Shown here: one piece after another, positions 41,309 to 51,100 of the stretch
Layout: every line of letters starts with the position of its first letter
Position numbering within the stretch: the stretch's first letter is position 1
Source: Candidatus Poribacteria bacterium
GTDB lineage: Bacteria > Poribacteria > WGA-4E > WGA-3G
Direction: 5' to 3'
DNA length: 64,000 nt
Assembly: GCA_965214095.1 (NCBI GenBank)
Contig: OZ243938.1
Span: 3,584,001-3,648,000, forward strand
Notes under the pieces: model-generated
Database searches by the model: none
Told to the model about the DNA's origin: nothing
What the model saw: only the letters and a program-made list of their open reading frames with translations
Translations under genes and position numbers: made by a program

Positions 41309-41929
41309 ATGTCCGTTTTGACACTGACGGTTAATATGGAAACCTATTCGGAAATAGCACAAGTGGAAGATTTTGATACCGAACAGGAACGCGAACTTAT
41401 CTTGCGATGCCAAGAGCGAGATTCAGCTGCGATGGGAACGCTCATAGTGCAATACCAGCACTGGGTGTATAATATCGCTTATGGTATACTGGGTCATCAT
41501 GAAGATGCGGAGGACGCGGCGCATGACGCGTTCCTCTCTGTTTGGCAAAATATAGATAGTTTCAAATTCCGATCAAGGTTTTCTACATGGCTGTACCGAA
41601 TTGTGAAGAATAAATGCCTGAATGTAATTGATCAACGAAAACGTAGAAAAACGGATCCAATGGATATTGATGACTCTCAACCGTGGGTGCCGCTTGACAA
41701 TACGACCCCTGAACAGGAAGTACTTCGCACTGAACAGAGTGAAATTCTACATGCTGCACTTGGTAGATTGAAAGAGAGTTATCGGACGATCTTGATCTTG
41801 CGTGAATTACGTGAACTTTCTTATGAAGAGATAGCGGAAGTGCTGAACTGCACACTGGGACGCGTCAAATCCCGATTGCACGAGGCACGAAAAGCTTTGA
41901 GGGAAGAACTTGAACGAATAGAATGGTAA
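41309..41929 (+). CDS. ECF RNA polymerase sigma factor (RpoE/SigW-like)
   Basis: DAEDA.HDAF, FSTWLYRI..N, LRE..ELSYEEIA..L....G.VKSRL. Confidence 0.93.
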   Translation: MSVLTLTVNMETYSEIAQVEDFDTEQERELILRCQERDSAAMGTLIVQYQHWVYNIAYGILGHHEDAEDAAHDAFLSVWQNIDSFKFRSRFSTWLYRIVKNKCLNVIDQRKRRKTDPMDIDDSQPWVPLDNTTPEQEVLRTEQSEILHAALGRLKESYRTILILRELRELSYEEIAEVLNCTLGRVKSRLHEARKALREELERIEW

Positions 41930-41977
41930 GTGTGTTTTGTGATTTTGGCACACATAAACTAATATTGGTTTAGATAA

Positions 41978-42490
41978 ATGAAACATCAACGTATTCAGAA
42001 ACATTTATCAGCATATTTAGACAACGAATTAGCACCGGTCTTGCATAAGAAGGTTGAAACCCATTTGTCCACCTGTGAAGAATGTGCCGACCTGTTGGCA
42101 GATTTCAAAGTAAATCGGCAGCAGATCACTGAACTTGTGCATCCTGCTCCATCTATGAAGCATGTGGTTTTGGCAAAGATACGAGCCGCGGAAGCATCTT
42201 CGCGTAGCACATTCCTTGACATCTTTAGACGATGGGTGTTCCGACCTTTTACCGTCGGTGCGACAGCATTTTCAACACTCTGTTTCATCTTCGCGTTTTT
42301 CTACTTCTCATCTACACCTGCACCGCAGTATGATGAGCTTGTGGATTTCTATTTTGGTGTCCACACGGAAGAGGTGGCGAATAATCCGTTGAAGTCAAAT
42401 GTTGCAACACCGCTGAGTACCCCCGCAACAGATGCCGAGGAAGTTGAAGACGGGACAGATACGTTGCTGGATGTCTATTTTAGTGATTAA
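41978..42490 (+). CDS. zinc-finger (ZAS, zf-HC2) anti-sigma factor, single TM
   Basis: LSAYLD.EL......VE.HL..C.EC; TM helix; follows the ECF sigma. Confidence 0.88.
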   Translation: MKHQRIQKHLSAYLDNELAPVLHKKVETHLSTCEECADLLADFKVNRQQITELVHPAPSMKHVVLAKIRAAEASSRSTFLDIFRRWVFRPFTVGATAFSTLCFIFAFFYFSSTPAPQYDELVDFYFGVHTEEVANNPLKSNVATPLSTPATDAEEVEDGTDTLLDVYFSD

Positions 42491-42607
42491 CTATAGTTTG
42501 GACACTTTCTCTTGGTTACATACTGATATTGCTGGCATTTGCAATATATTGTGAGTTTTGGATAGGATAATACTTTGATGAAAAAGTGTGAAAATATCAA
42601 AATGAGC

Positions 42608-42682
42608 AGCCCCAGCGGGGCGGAATGTGTATAGAAAACTGTGCCCCGACCAATGCAAGCCCCAGCGGGGCGACAGGTGTAT
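42608..42682 (+). repeat. direct-repeat family AGCCCCAGCGGGGCG-N-GTGTAT, two copies; an inverted variant lies at 45192-45220
   Basis: agccccagcggggcggaatgtgtat / agccccagcggggcgacaggtgtat / reverse complement agcaccagcggtgcgaaaggtgtat. Confidence 0.7.
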
Positions 42683-42913
42683 CATAAGCACAAACTTTAC
42701 TCACTAAATTAGGCGTTTTCCCCAGGCCGGTAGGTGCGGTTTCCTAACCGCACGGAACCTGTGCGAGAACCTCTATGAAGGTATTTGGCACAAAGCCGGT
42801 TCGGTTAGGAAACCGAACCTACCGGTACTTGGAAGGATGCTAAATTGATGCCAATCGTGTGGTTATGAAACCGCATCTACCGGGTCTGTGAGAGAGAACT
42901 TTTGGGTGATTCT

Positions 42914-43942
42914 ATGCGAACAAAATCTATATCTGTGTTTTGCTACTGTATATTATTTGTTTTTATTCTGGCATCCAGTCGCCTTTTTGCTGATGTTGAT
43001 ACGTTGAAACGTATCGCAGAAGGGGAGAGTGATGTGGCATATATCGGATTGCGTCTCAAGACAACAAGCACATCCAGCGGCTCTCGGACGGTGGAGGAGG
43101 TCGTCATTCATAGAAATGCAGAGGATTCTTATCGTAAGTTTGTCTCCATTATCGGCGCACCGAAAGCGTTGGCAGAAGAAAATGATGCAGGTAAGAAACA
43201 GGTGGACAGAAATAGAGATACGCGTAATAGGAGAGGTAGAGAGTTCAGATGGCAACACCACCGAAGTCAATTTTCTATAAAAGAGATTGAGTTGATTGCA
43301 CAAAACTATGCGTTAGAACTCAGACATTGGGGAGAGAATATCGCTGGACATCAGACAGATCTCCTCATCATTAAGCCGAAACATGCCAACAGATCCACCA
43401 AACACATATACTTTGCACGAAAAAATGGGGTTATCTTACGGGTAGAGGATTTAGATGCTGCAGGTATTCTACGGAATATGTTCGTTTATAATCGCATTAG
43501 TTTTGAACAGAATGCTGTTGAAACCAAGTGGAAAAATCTGCAAAAGGAAATTAATCCGCAACCGCGGCATAACCGTCCAAGAATTACACTTGCTGAAGCA
43601 GAAGAAATCCTCAAGAAAAAACCTATCCAACCGACATACATACCTCAAGGTTTCCAACTCCAAGGTTTATATAAACGTCATTTTAGAGGCATTCATATTC
43701 AGTTAAAATATACAGATGGATTATTGGATATAAACTTATTTGAAACTACAGATAAAGTTAGACCCAGTGAGAGACCTGTGATAAAGATTGGTGGTACTTC
43801 GGTACGTGAATATCAACGGGTTCCTGATTACGCGTTCGGTTGGAAAAGCGATGGTGTCAATTTCTTTATTTCTGGACCAATTCCACCAGCCGAATTGCAG
43901 AAGGTCGTTGAGTCTATTATCCTCAAGAAAGATAAGAAGTAA
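42914..43942 (+). CDS. MucB/RseB-like periplasmic sigma-E regulator
   Basis: signal peptide; NY...G.E.IAG......I.PK; P.Y.P.GF.L; YTDGL..I.LFE; third gene after ECF sigma and anti-sigma. Confidence 0.75.
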   Translation: MRTKSISVFCYCILFVFILASSRLFADVDTLKRIAEGESDVAYIGLRLKTTSTSSGSRTVEEVVIHRNAEDSYRKFVSIIGAPKALAEENDAGKKQVDRNRDTRNRRGREFRWQHHRSQFSIKEIELIAQNYALELRHWGENIAGHQTDLLIIKPKHANRSTKHIYFARKNGVILRVEDLDAAGILRNMFVYNRISFEQNAVETKWKNLQKEINPQPRHNRPRITLAEAEEILKKKPIQPTYIPQGFQLQGLYKRHFRGIHIQLKYTDGLLDINLFETTDKVRPSERPVIKIGGTSVREYQRVPDYAFGWKSDGVNFFISGPIPPAELQKVVESIILKKDKK

Positions 43943-43969
43943 TTTTTGGATTACATAGATTGTGTCGTC

Positions 43970-44003
43970 AGTTGGGTTTAACCATTTAAATCCGACTTTT
44001 TTT
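43970..44003 (+). terminator. intrinsic terminator
   Basis: AGTTGGGTTTA..TAAATCCGACT followed by a T run. Confidence 0.65.
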
Positions 44004-44141
44004 GTTTGGACATTGTCTGAACCAGGATTTTCAGGATAAGAGTCTGATATTCTAAAGTTTCTATCTAATACTATTTCTGATTAATAATATATCATTTTAT
44101 CGTAGGTCGGGTAGAGGCACGAAACCCGACATGATAGACAC

Positions 44142-44286
44142 CATAAGCGTCAATTTAGCATCCTTCCAAGTACCGGTTTTGTGCCAAATACCTTCATAGA
44201 GGTTCTTGCACAGGTTCCGTGCGGTTAGGAAACCGCACCTACCGGCCTGGGGAAAACGCCTAATTTACACTAAATTGATGCCTATG
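44142..44286. mobile_element. non-autonomous IS4-derived MITE nested inside a REP-B doublet
   Basis: ends cataagcgtcaattta / taaattgatgcctatg match the TIR of the IS4 at 55488-56974. Confidence 0.75.
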
Positions 44287-44381
44287 GTTACTACATGATA
44301 GACACAATCAATATGCGTCGGGTTTCGTGCCTCTACCCGACCTACGAAGGAGATGAACTTTAACATTCAAAGGAGAAAATA

Positions 44382-45191
44382 ATGAACTATATTTTTGTTT
44401 TTATGCTAACTATTTTCACTACCGGTCTATTTTTTGCTGTTAATGCTGATGCGGATAGCATTGTGGATAAACTTGAGAATTCGCCTCGTCACGGTGAGTG
44501 GGTTACTGTTAAAGTAACGGATGACCGCGAAATCAACGCTTTCATCGTGTTTCCTGAGGTGAAAGAACCTGCGACTTCTATCATCGTCATCCACGAGATA
44601 TTTGGATTGACCGATTGGATTCGGCTTGTGGCGGATAGACTTGCTGCTGATGGATTCGTTGCTATCTGTCCAGACCTACTTTCTGGTATGGGACCGGATG
44701 GCGGTGGTACTGAGAGTTTTGAGTCGGGTGATGATGTCCGTAAGACTATCCGTAATCTGACACCGGAACGTGTGAATGCTGACCTTGATGCTGTGAGTAA
44801 ATATCTGCGGGATCTGCCTTCTACTAACGAGAAGGTGGCTGTCTCTGGTTTCTGTTGGGGTGGTGGAAAGACTTTCAGTTATGCGGTGCAATCGGATGAG
44901 ATTGTGGGTGCGTTTGTGTTTTATGGGTCTGCCCCTGATGTTGATGACGTTCCGAAGATTTCTGTGCCTGTCTACGGGTTTTATGGTGAGAACGACAATC
45001 GTATCAATGCTACGATTGATCGGACGAAGGCAGCTGCGGATGCTGCTGACGTTATGTATGAACCTGTGATTTATGAGGATGTGGGTCACGGTTTCTTGCG
45101 GCAGGGTATGAAGGATGATGCGAGTGATACGCAGAAGGCTGCTGTGAAATCTGCGTGGGAACGTTGGGTTAAGATTTTAGGTGAATTGTAA
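44382..45191 (+). CDS. dienelactone hydrolase family protein with signal peptide
   Basis: IHEIFGL, GFCWGG nucleophile elbow, G..D, GHGF. Confidence 0.92.
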   Translation: MNYIFVFMLTIFTTGLFFAVNADADSIVDKLENSPRHGEWVTVKVTDDREINAFIVFPEVKEPATSIIVIHEIFGLTDWIRLVADRLAADGFVAICPDLLSGMGPDGGGTESFESGDDVRKTIRNLTPERVNADLDAVSKYLRDLPSTNEKVAVSGFCWGGGKTFSYAVQSDEIVGAFVFYGSAPDVDDVPKISVPVYGFYGENDNRINATIDRTKAAADAADVMYEPVIYEDVGHGFLRQGMKDDASDTQKAAVKSAWERWVKILGEL

Positions 45192-45258
45192 TTCTATACA
45201 CCTTTCGCACCGCTGGTGCTAAGATTGTTTACATTTCTTAAATATAAAAGGAACACCT

Positions 45259-46023
45259 ATGGCACATAGACTGGCTAACAAGATTGCAATTATTACGGGT
45301 GGTGCGCGGGGTATCGGTGCGAAGAGTGCGGAACTCTTTGCTGCGGAAGGCGCGGCTGTCGCTATCTGGGACATGAACGTTGCACGCGGTGAAGAGACGA
45401 CACAACTGATAAATGCTCAAGGTGGCACGGCTATTTTCTGTGCGTGTGATGTTACGGATACGTCGCAAATTGCGGCTGCTACACAACGCGTTTCCACTGA
45501 ACTTGGCAACCCGAATGTGCTATTCAATAATGCCGGTATCGCGGTTGTTGGCGAATTGGAAGAGATTACGGAAGCTGAATGGGATCGGCAGTATGCGGTG
45601 AATGTGAAAAGCATCTATCTGGTCTCCCGTGCGATTATCCCGTTGATGCGTGCTGCCGGTGGTGGGTCTATCATCAATATGGCGAGCGAGTCGGCTTTTG
45701 TTGGGTTTCCGATGCATCCTGCTTATACCTCCTCTAAGGCTGCGGTTGTGCATCTGTCGCGTAGCATGGCGGTTCGGTATGCTGAGGATAATATCCGTGT
45801 GAATAGTCTGTGTCCGGGAACTATCAATACCGAGCTTTATCAGGAGTTCTTATCGCAACAGGATGACCCGGATGCTGTGAACAATGAGATTGACAAAATG
45901 CATCCATTGGGTATTGGTGAACCTGTTGATATTGCGTGGGCTGCGGTTTATTTGGCTTCTGATGAGTCTCGGTATATGACAGGTGCTCCGATGCTTGTTG
46001 AGGGTGGGATTTTGTCTTTGTAA
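45259..46023 (+). CDS. short-chain dehydrogenase/reductase
   Basis: TGGARGIG, NNAG, YxxSK, IRVN..CPG. Confidence 0.94.
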   Translation: MAHRLANKIAIITGGARGIGAKSAELFAAEGAAVAIWDMNVARGEETTQLINAQGGTAIFCACDVTDTSQIAAATQRVSTELGNPNVLFNNAGIAVVGELEEITEAEWDRQYAVNVKSIYLVSRAIIPLMRAAGGGSIINMASESAFVGFPMHPAYTSSKAAVVHLSRSMAVRYAEDNIRVNSLCPGTINTELYQEFLSQQDDPDAVNNEIDKMHPLGIGEPVDIAWAAVYLASDESRYMTGAPMLVEGGILSL

Positions 46024-46026
46024 TTT

Positions 46027-46276
46027 GTCTGAACCAGGATTTGCAGGATTAGTAGATTACCAAGATTATGAGTTTGGCTCACCAAAGTTCCTATTCCCAG
46101 TTTGACGTTTATTCTCTGATACGCTATAATCCCAGGCCGGTAGGTTCGGTTTCCTAACCGAACCGGATCTTCTGAGAAAACCTTTTTGAATGGCATTGGC
46201 ACAAATCCGGTTCGGTTAGGAAACCGAACCTACCGGTCTGGTGAATAACGCTCATCCTGCAAATCCTGGTTCAGAC
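46027..46276. mobile_element. complete foldback element of the TGTCTGAACCAGGATT family with a nested REP-A doublet
   Basis: inverted ends gtctgaaccaggatttgcaggat / atcctgcaaatcctggttcagac. Confidence 0.75.
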
Positions 46277-46309
46277 GATCTCGGTTTTAAACCGCACCAA
46301 CCGTTTTGC

Positions 46310-47245
46310 CTACAACGCATGATCAGCAGGGGTGAGCCCTTTCTTAAAGGTACCGAAACCGAACATTGTGGGTTTGTATTCAACGACATAGTCCACATGT
46401 GATGTGTCAGGGATGTTGTCTTCAAGTCCAACACACCAATATATTCCGTTGACAAGTAACCGCCGTAATCCTTCGCTTTCCAAATCTACGGAAGCTCCCA
46501 TGGTTGTGTTGAATACGCGGCAGGTGTTGCCTGTCTCTCCCGTATAACTCTTTATCCACGCCATCGGCATTGTGGTTGTGTCGGGTTTGGGTGGATCATC
46601 GGGTTCCATGCCGGTAAGCACCTGTCCGTGAACCAATACCTGCGCATCCCCCGTCAACGATTTGATTCCGTAGACATCTGAGGGACCCCATATATCTTCC
46701 ACACCTTTTAATATAGGGTGATCTTTGTTTTCCTCGTCGATGACACCGCGCGCACTCTCTTTCCCGTGGTGTCCATGATGGTTTATCCACGTCTCTCCGA
46801 GTACTTGCCGACCATACCCGCCATCAAACTCTTGGCTGTTGAAACTATATTTCGCATAAGGACTCTCTTTGTTTTCAGTGTAGTTGAAGGCGTGTGTTGC
46901 GGTACGTAACCCCATCACGGGTCCGCCTGCGTTGGTATAGTCTATGATGTGTTTCATCTGTTCATCGGGGAGTTCTCGGAAACGGGTGAATAAGACGAGC
47001 ATATCCGCAGCTTCCAGTAGATGTAACCCCGGTATGTTATTCTGATTGTTTGGGTCAATCTCTCCTGTGTCGGGGTCGATTGCGAATAGGACGGAGCAAT
47101 TGAATCCGTGATGTGTGGATAGGATTTTACCGAGCATCGGTAGTGCCTCTTCGGAACGATATTCTTCGTCTCCGCTCACGAGTACGATGTTTTTGCCTTT
47201 GCCGGCACCTTCGTGTCCTTCGTAGTCTACCCATTGATTGTTCAT
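46310..47245 (-). CDS. ThuA-like (class I GATase-like fold) domain protein
   Basis: SGDEEYRSEE, G.RTATHAF, HPIL.GV, W......RVF.TTMG, RRLLVNG..W. Confidence 0.75.
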   Translation of the reverse strand: MNNQWVDYEGHEGAGKGKNIVLVSGDEEYRSEEALPMLGKILSTHHGFNCSVLFAIDPDTGEIDPNNQNNIPGLHLLEAADMLVLFTRFRELPDEQMKHIIDYTNAGGPVMGLRTATHAFNYTENKESPYAKYSFNSQEFDGGYGRQVLGETWINHHGHHGKESARGVIDEENKDHPILKGVEDIWGPSDVYGIKSLTGDAQVLVHGQVLTGMEPDDPPKPDTTTMPMAWIKSYTGETGNTCRVFNTTMGASVDLESEGLRRLLVNGIYWCVGLEDNIPDTSHVDYVVEYKPTMFGFGTFKKGLTPADHAL

Positions 47246-47503
47246 TATATCTGTGTATCTCCTGTCTTTAAGATTTTATGGTATTGAGTATAACATATTT
47301 TTTTTATTTCGTCATGTGGGTTTTGTTTGAATCGCGGATTTTCAGGATTTGAGTTTGATGTTTTATAGTGCCATTCTTAAGGTGACATTTTTTGTATCTT
47401 TGAGAGCCTCAATTTATAGTGGACATTTTTAGCTGAGAAGTCTTATCCTGTTAATCTACTAATCCTGTAAATCCTGGTTCAGACATTAATTGTTGAAAAA
47501 TAC

Positions 47504-47880
47504 TTGACAAACTTTGCAATTAGATGTATACTTAATATCGTGGCACAAATTCTTAACTGAATTTTTTAAGGATGCCAACATTTTTTTCAAATATACTTGA
47601 CAAATAATCATCAGTTGTGTTATAATTATATTATGTGAAGAGAGTTAATATATACATTATATTTTATATGTTTGTGTATTCCCTGATTACACACACTTTG
47701 AACTCTCCAACGCACTATATATTTTTACGAAACTCAGCGCAACACTTAATAAAGGTGAAACGCGCAGCAAATTTAATAAGTTGACATTTTTTTGTAACTT
47801 ATGTAGAATGGGGAACGTAGTTTAAAACGTAATACCGAGAAATTATATCGGTTGACATTATTTGTAACTTATGTTATAAT
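47504..47880 (+). promoter_or_regulatory. array of four tandem sigma70 promoters
   Basis: TTGACA-17-TATACT (47504), TTGACA-18-TATAAT (47597), TTGACA-17-TAGAAT (47781), TTGACA-17-TATAAT (47852). Confidence 0.7.
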
Positions 47881-48178
47881 TGATGACGTTATTATGAATA
47901 TATATCGGTTTGAAGATTTGGGAATGAAGGACGGGAACCTGAGTTTCCTAAAAGATATAGTTAAGAAACAAGCCGAACCCCAAATAAAACGGAGGACATG
48001 CCGCATTGGGAATGCACATGTCTGATACCAAAAGGTTAGTAGAATAGATTTAATCCCTGAATCTGTTCTTGATATTTCAAATTGTATTGTTGGGTGCGAT
48101 GACGTTTAGATAGATAATGTACGTGTCGCCCCTAAGTTAAACGTATTTTAGAAAATTTTATAAATAGGAGAACGAATA

Positions 48179-51100
48179 ATGAACCTGTCAAATCGATTGA
48201 CATTTTCTTTTATCTTTTCTGTTATACTCGTTGCCCTGTTTGCTGTTGCGCCTGCAATGGCACAGACAATCGAAGCTACATGGTCAACGGATCGGAATGA
48301 TGATAATACCGCTAACGATCCGGGTTGGAGCGTTACGATTGGCGGACTTGCTGCGAGCGATACCGTAACCGTTACATATTTAGATCCTGATGGTACCGCA
48401 GCAGCGGCGACCGGCACCCAAGCAGGTTTTGATGGCGTAGCAGCGGATGCTACATCTGATACAGGCTCAATCCTCGCTGGCATTGGTGATGTCATTGCAG
48501 TGCAAGTTGAAGCAGGTCCATCAGGAACCACAACAACGTATCAACGTGTAACTTTTCCAGCAGGTGGTCCTGGTGCTACACTTGCATCAACGACCTTGAC
48601 TAGGCTTCCAAAGTTAATGGAACTTGCCAAATCTGAATATTACGTGTCATTTGGTGGAACAGTAACCTTGACATTTGATTTTGCAGATGCGGTTGCTGAT
48701 ACGAATGGTGCCCCTGTTGCTGACTTACATATAAGTGACGTCTCAATTGCTGCTGCTACTGATTGGGTAGTTGATAGTGTTAGCGGAACGAATCAAGTAA
48801 CAATTCGTTCAACTCATGATCGTACTGATACTTCAGTTGGGACTACAGTGGATCTTAGTGCTGTTTATGCCCAACCGACTGATCCAGCCACAGATGGTCA
48901 AGCAACGCTCACTTATGATAATATGGCACCGACCGTAACTGCTGATTCTGTTAGTGTAGCTGCACCTTCTGGTTTCCCCACACCTCCTGATGGCGTATGG
49001 GATAGTGTTTTCATTCTCACTTTCTCTGTTTCAGATGACGGTACTGGTAGTGGATTACCAGATGAAAATCCTGTCAGAATTGACACAGACGAAACTAAAC
49101 TTGATGTAGGTGTTGTGGGTTTAGCTCCCGCAAGCGATGTTGTTGGTACTGAGTATCTTGTTAGAATAACACCAAAAGTTGGTCGTGCAACAACCGCTGG
49201 CGAAGAGGTTGTTATCACAATAGTACCTATTGATAAATCCGGTAACGAAGGTAGTATGGCTACTACAGTTAAGTTGGCGGAGAGTACTCCTCCTGATGCA
49301 TTGTATACGTCTGCGGCTCCAGCAAGTGGTGATGTAATGCAAGGCGACGAAATCACAGTGACCTTTGCTTCAGATCCTGGTGCTGTAACAGCTACGGGTG
49401 CCGCAATCTCTGGTACCGGTGCAACACGCACTCTTACGGTTGATGCTGCTCAGGCAGTAGGTGCACTTGAAATTGTACTTACCTGGGGAGAAAGTGGTCG
49501 ACAAGTGCTTAATTATACAGTGGTAATTCCAGCTGTGGCGTTTACTTCAGCAGCTCCAGCAAGTGGTGCGACTGTAGAACAAGGTGACACAATTACTCTG
49601 ACCTTTGCTTCAGATCCTGGTACTGTAACAGCTACGGGTGCCGCAATCTCTGGTACCGGTGAAACACGCACTCTCACGGTTGCAGATGATCAAGCAGCAG
49701 GTGCTTTGTCAATTGCACTTTCGTGGGCTAATGGTGGTTCTCAGGCACTTTCTTACACAGTTTCTGTGTTTGTTTCAGCAAATCCAACTTCACCATCAAA
49801 CATTATGATGGTTGAAATTCCTGCAGAATCTTATGTTGTTCTCGTTAGATCAATGAGTACTACTGAAGGCGCATTGCAATTTCCAGATGTTCCACCAGTC
49901 AATGGTACAGCTGTTGATGTCCAAGCGTGGAGCGATATGCCGGATCTATGGGACCTTTTCCAGAGAACCGCGCAGAATCGTGGTGGTGCAATCGTTTTGA
50001 GAAAGTCCGCCGATGCCGCTGATAACGATATGAAAAACGATGACGATGAGTATATCGGAATGTACGCCACACCGGCTGTCGGTAGTGTCGGTATCAGTGA
50101 AATTATGTGGGCACGTGATCTCGGACAGGGAACTGCAGCTCAACAGGCAGCAGGACAGTGGATTGAACTTCAGAATCTCAATGATAAACCCGTTAAGGTT
50201 TTGATCTATGCACAGAAAGGAAGTGAAGGACTTGTTAGCGGCGGACTCCTTGTTGATACAGCTGCTGGTGACTCACTTCTTGGTAACCCTGGTGGTATGG
50301 TTATTGATGCTGTCCAAAACATCAGAAACGATGGCAATCAAACGAATGATGGCTGGGATATTAAAGGTCAGGACGGTAACAGTGTAGAAGGTGTATCTTT
50401 CGCCTCAATGCACAGGATCCTGCCGGATAAACAGCCTGCATATACGCTTGCTCAGAATTATACGAAACGCAAGGGTACAAACGGTGGGCATTGGGCAAAG
50501 TCCGGCGGTGCATATCTCCGTAGCCAGACAACCCACACTTCAGGTGGCGTTACCAACGTGCCAATCCTTTTTGACTACAGAGGCACACCGGGTGATGTGA
50601 ATAACCGTACTGGTATAGATTTCCACACGAAAGCTGGAAAGACGAACCTTAGTGACGGTGCAGAATTGATCTTCAATGAAATCGCGAACCGTTCCGATGC
50701 TGATAAAGATTACGAATGGATTGAAATTCTGAACAGAACTGACTCTGTTAAGAGTTTGCGGTCGTACATTATAACCATGCTAACGAAGAAGGGGACTAAT
50801 GACAACGATCAGGATCAGGAAACAGTATTGTATCATTTCGCACATGATACAAATGCTGATGTTCCGGCAAATGGTGTGTTGCTCTTAGTTGCTTCAGACC
50901 CAGCCAAAGACGATGAGCATCCGCTTTCTGTCGGTTACAACGTTGATGAGAATGAAGAAGATCAGGTTCCTGGTTTCAAAGGTGATCATGTGCCACGGTA
51001 TAAGGTCGTTAACTTTGGAAGCAACGGTCTACCGAATGGTAACTTTGTATTAGTCTTGCGTAGACCTGATACAGTTGAAGGTCATGATGATGGCGGTAGA

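Noticed and set aside
41309-43942. ECF sigma locus as an RNA-guided or otherwise novel system
   Set aside because: Ordinary sigma / ZAS anti-sigma / RseB-like arrangement, with no Cas12f/TnpB-like gene adjacent.
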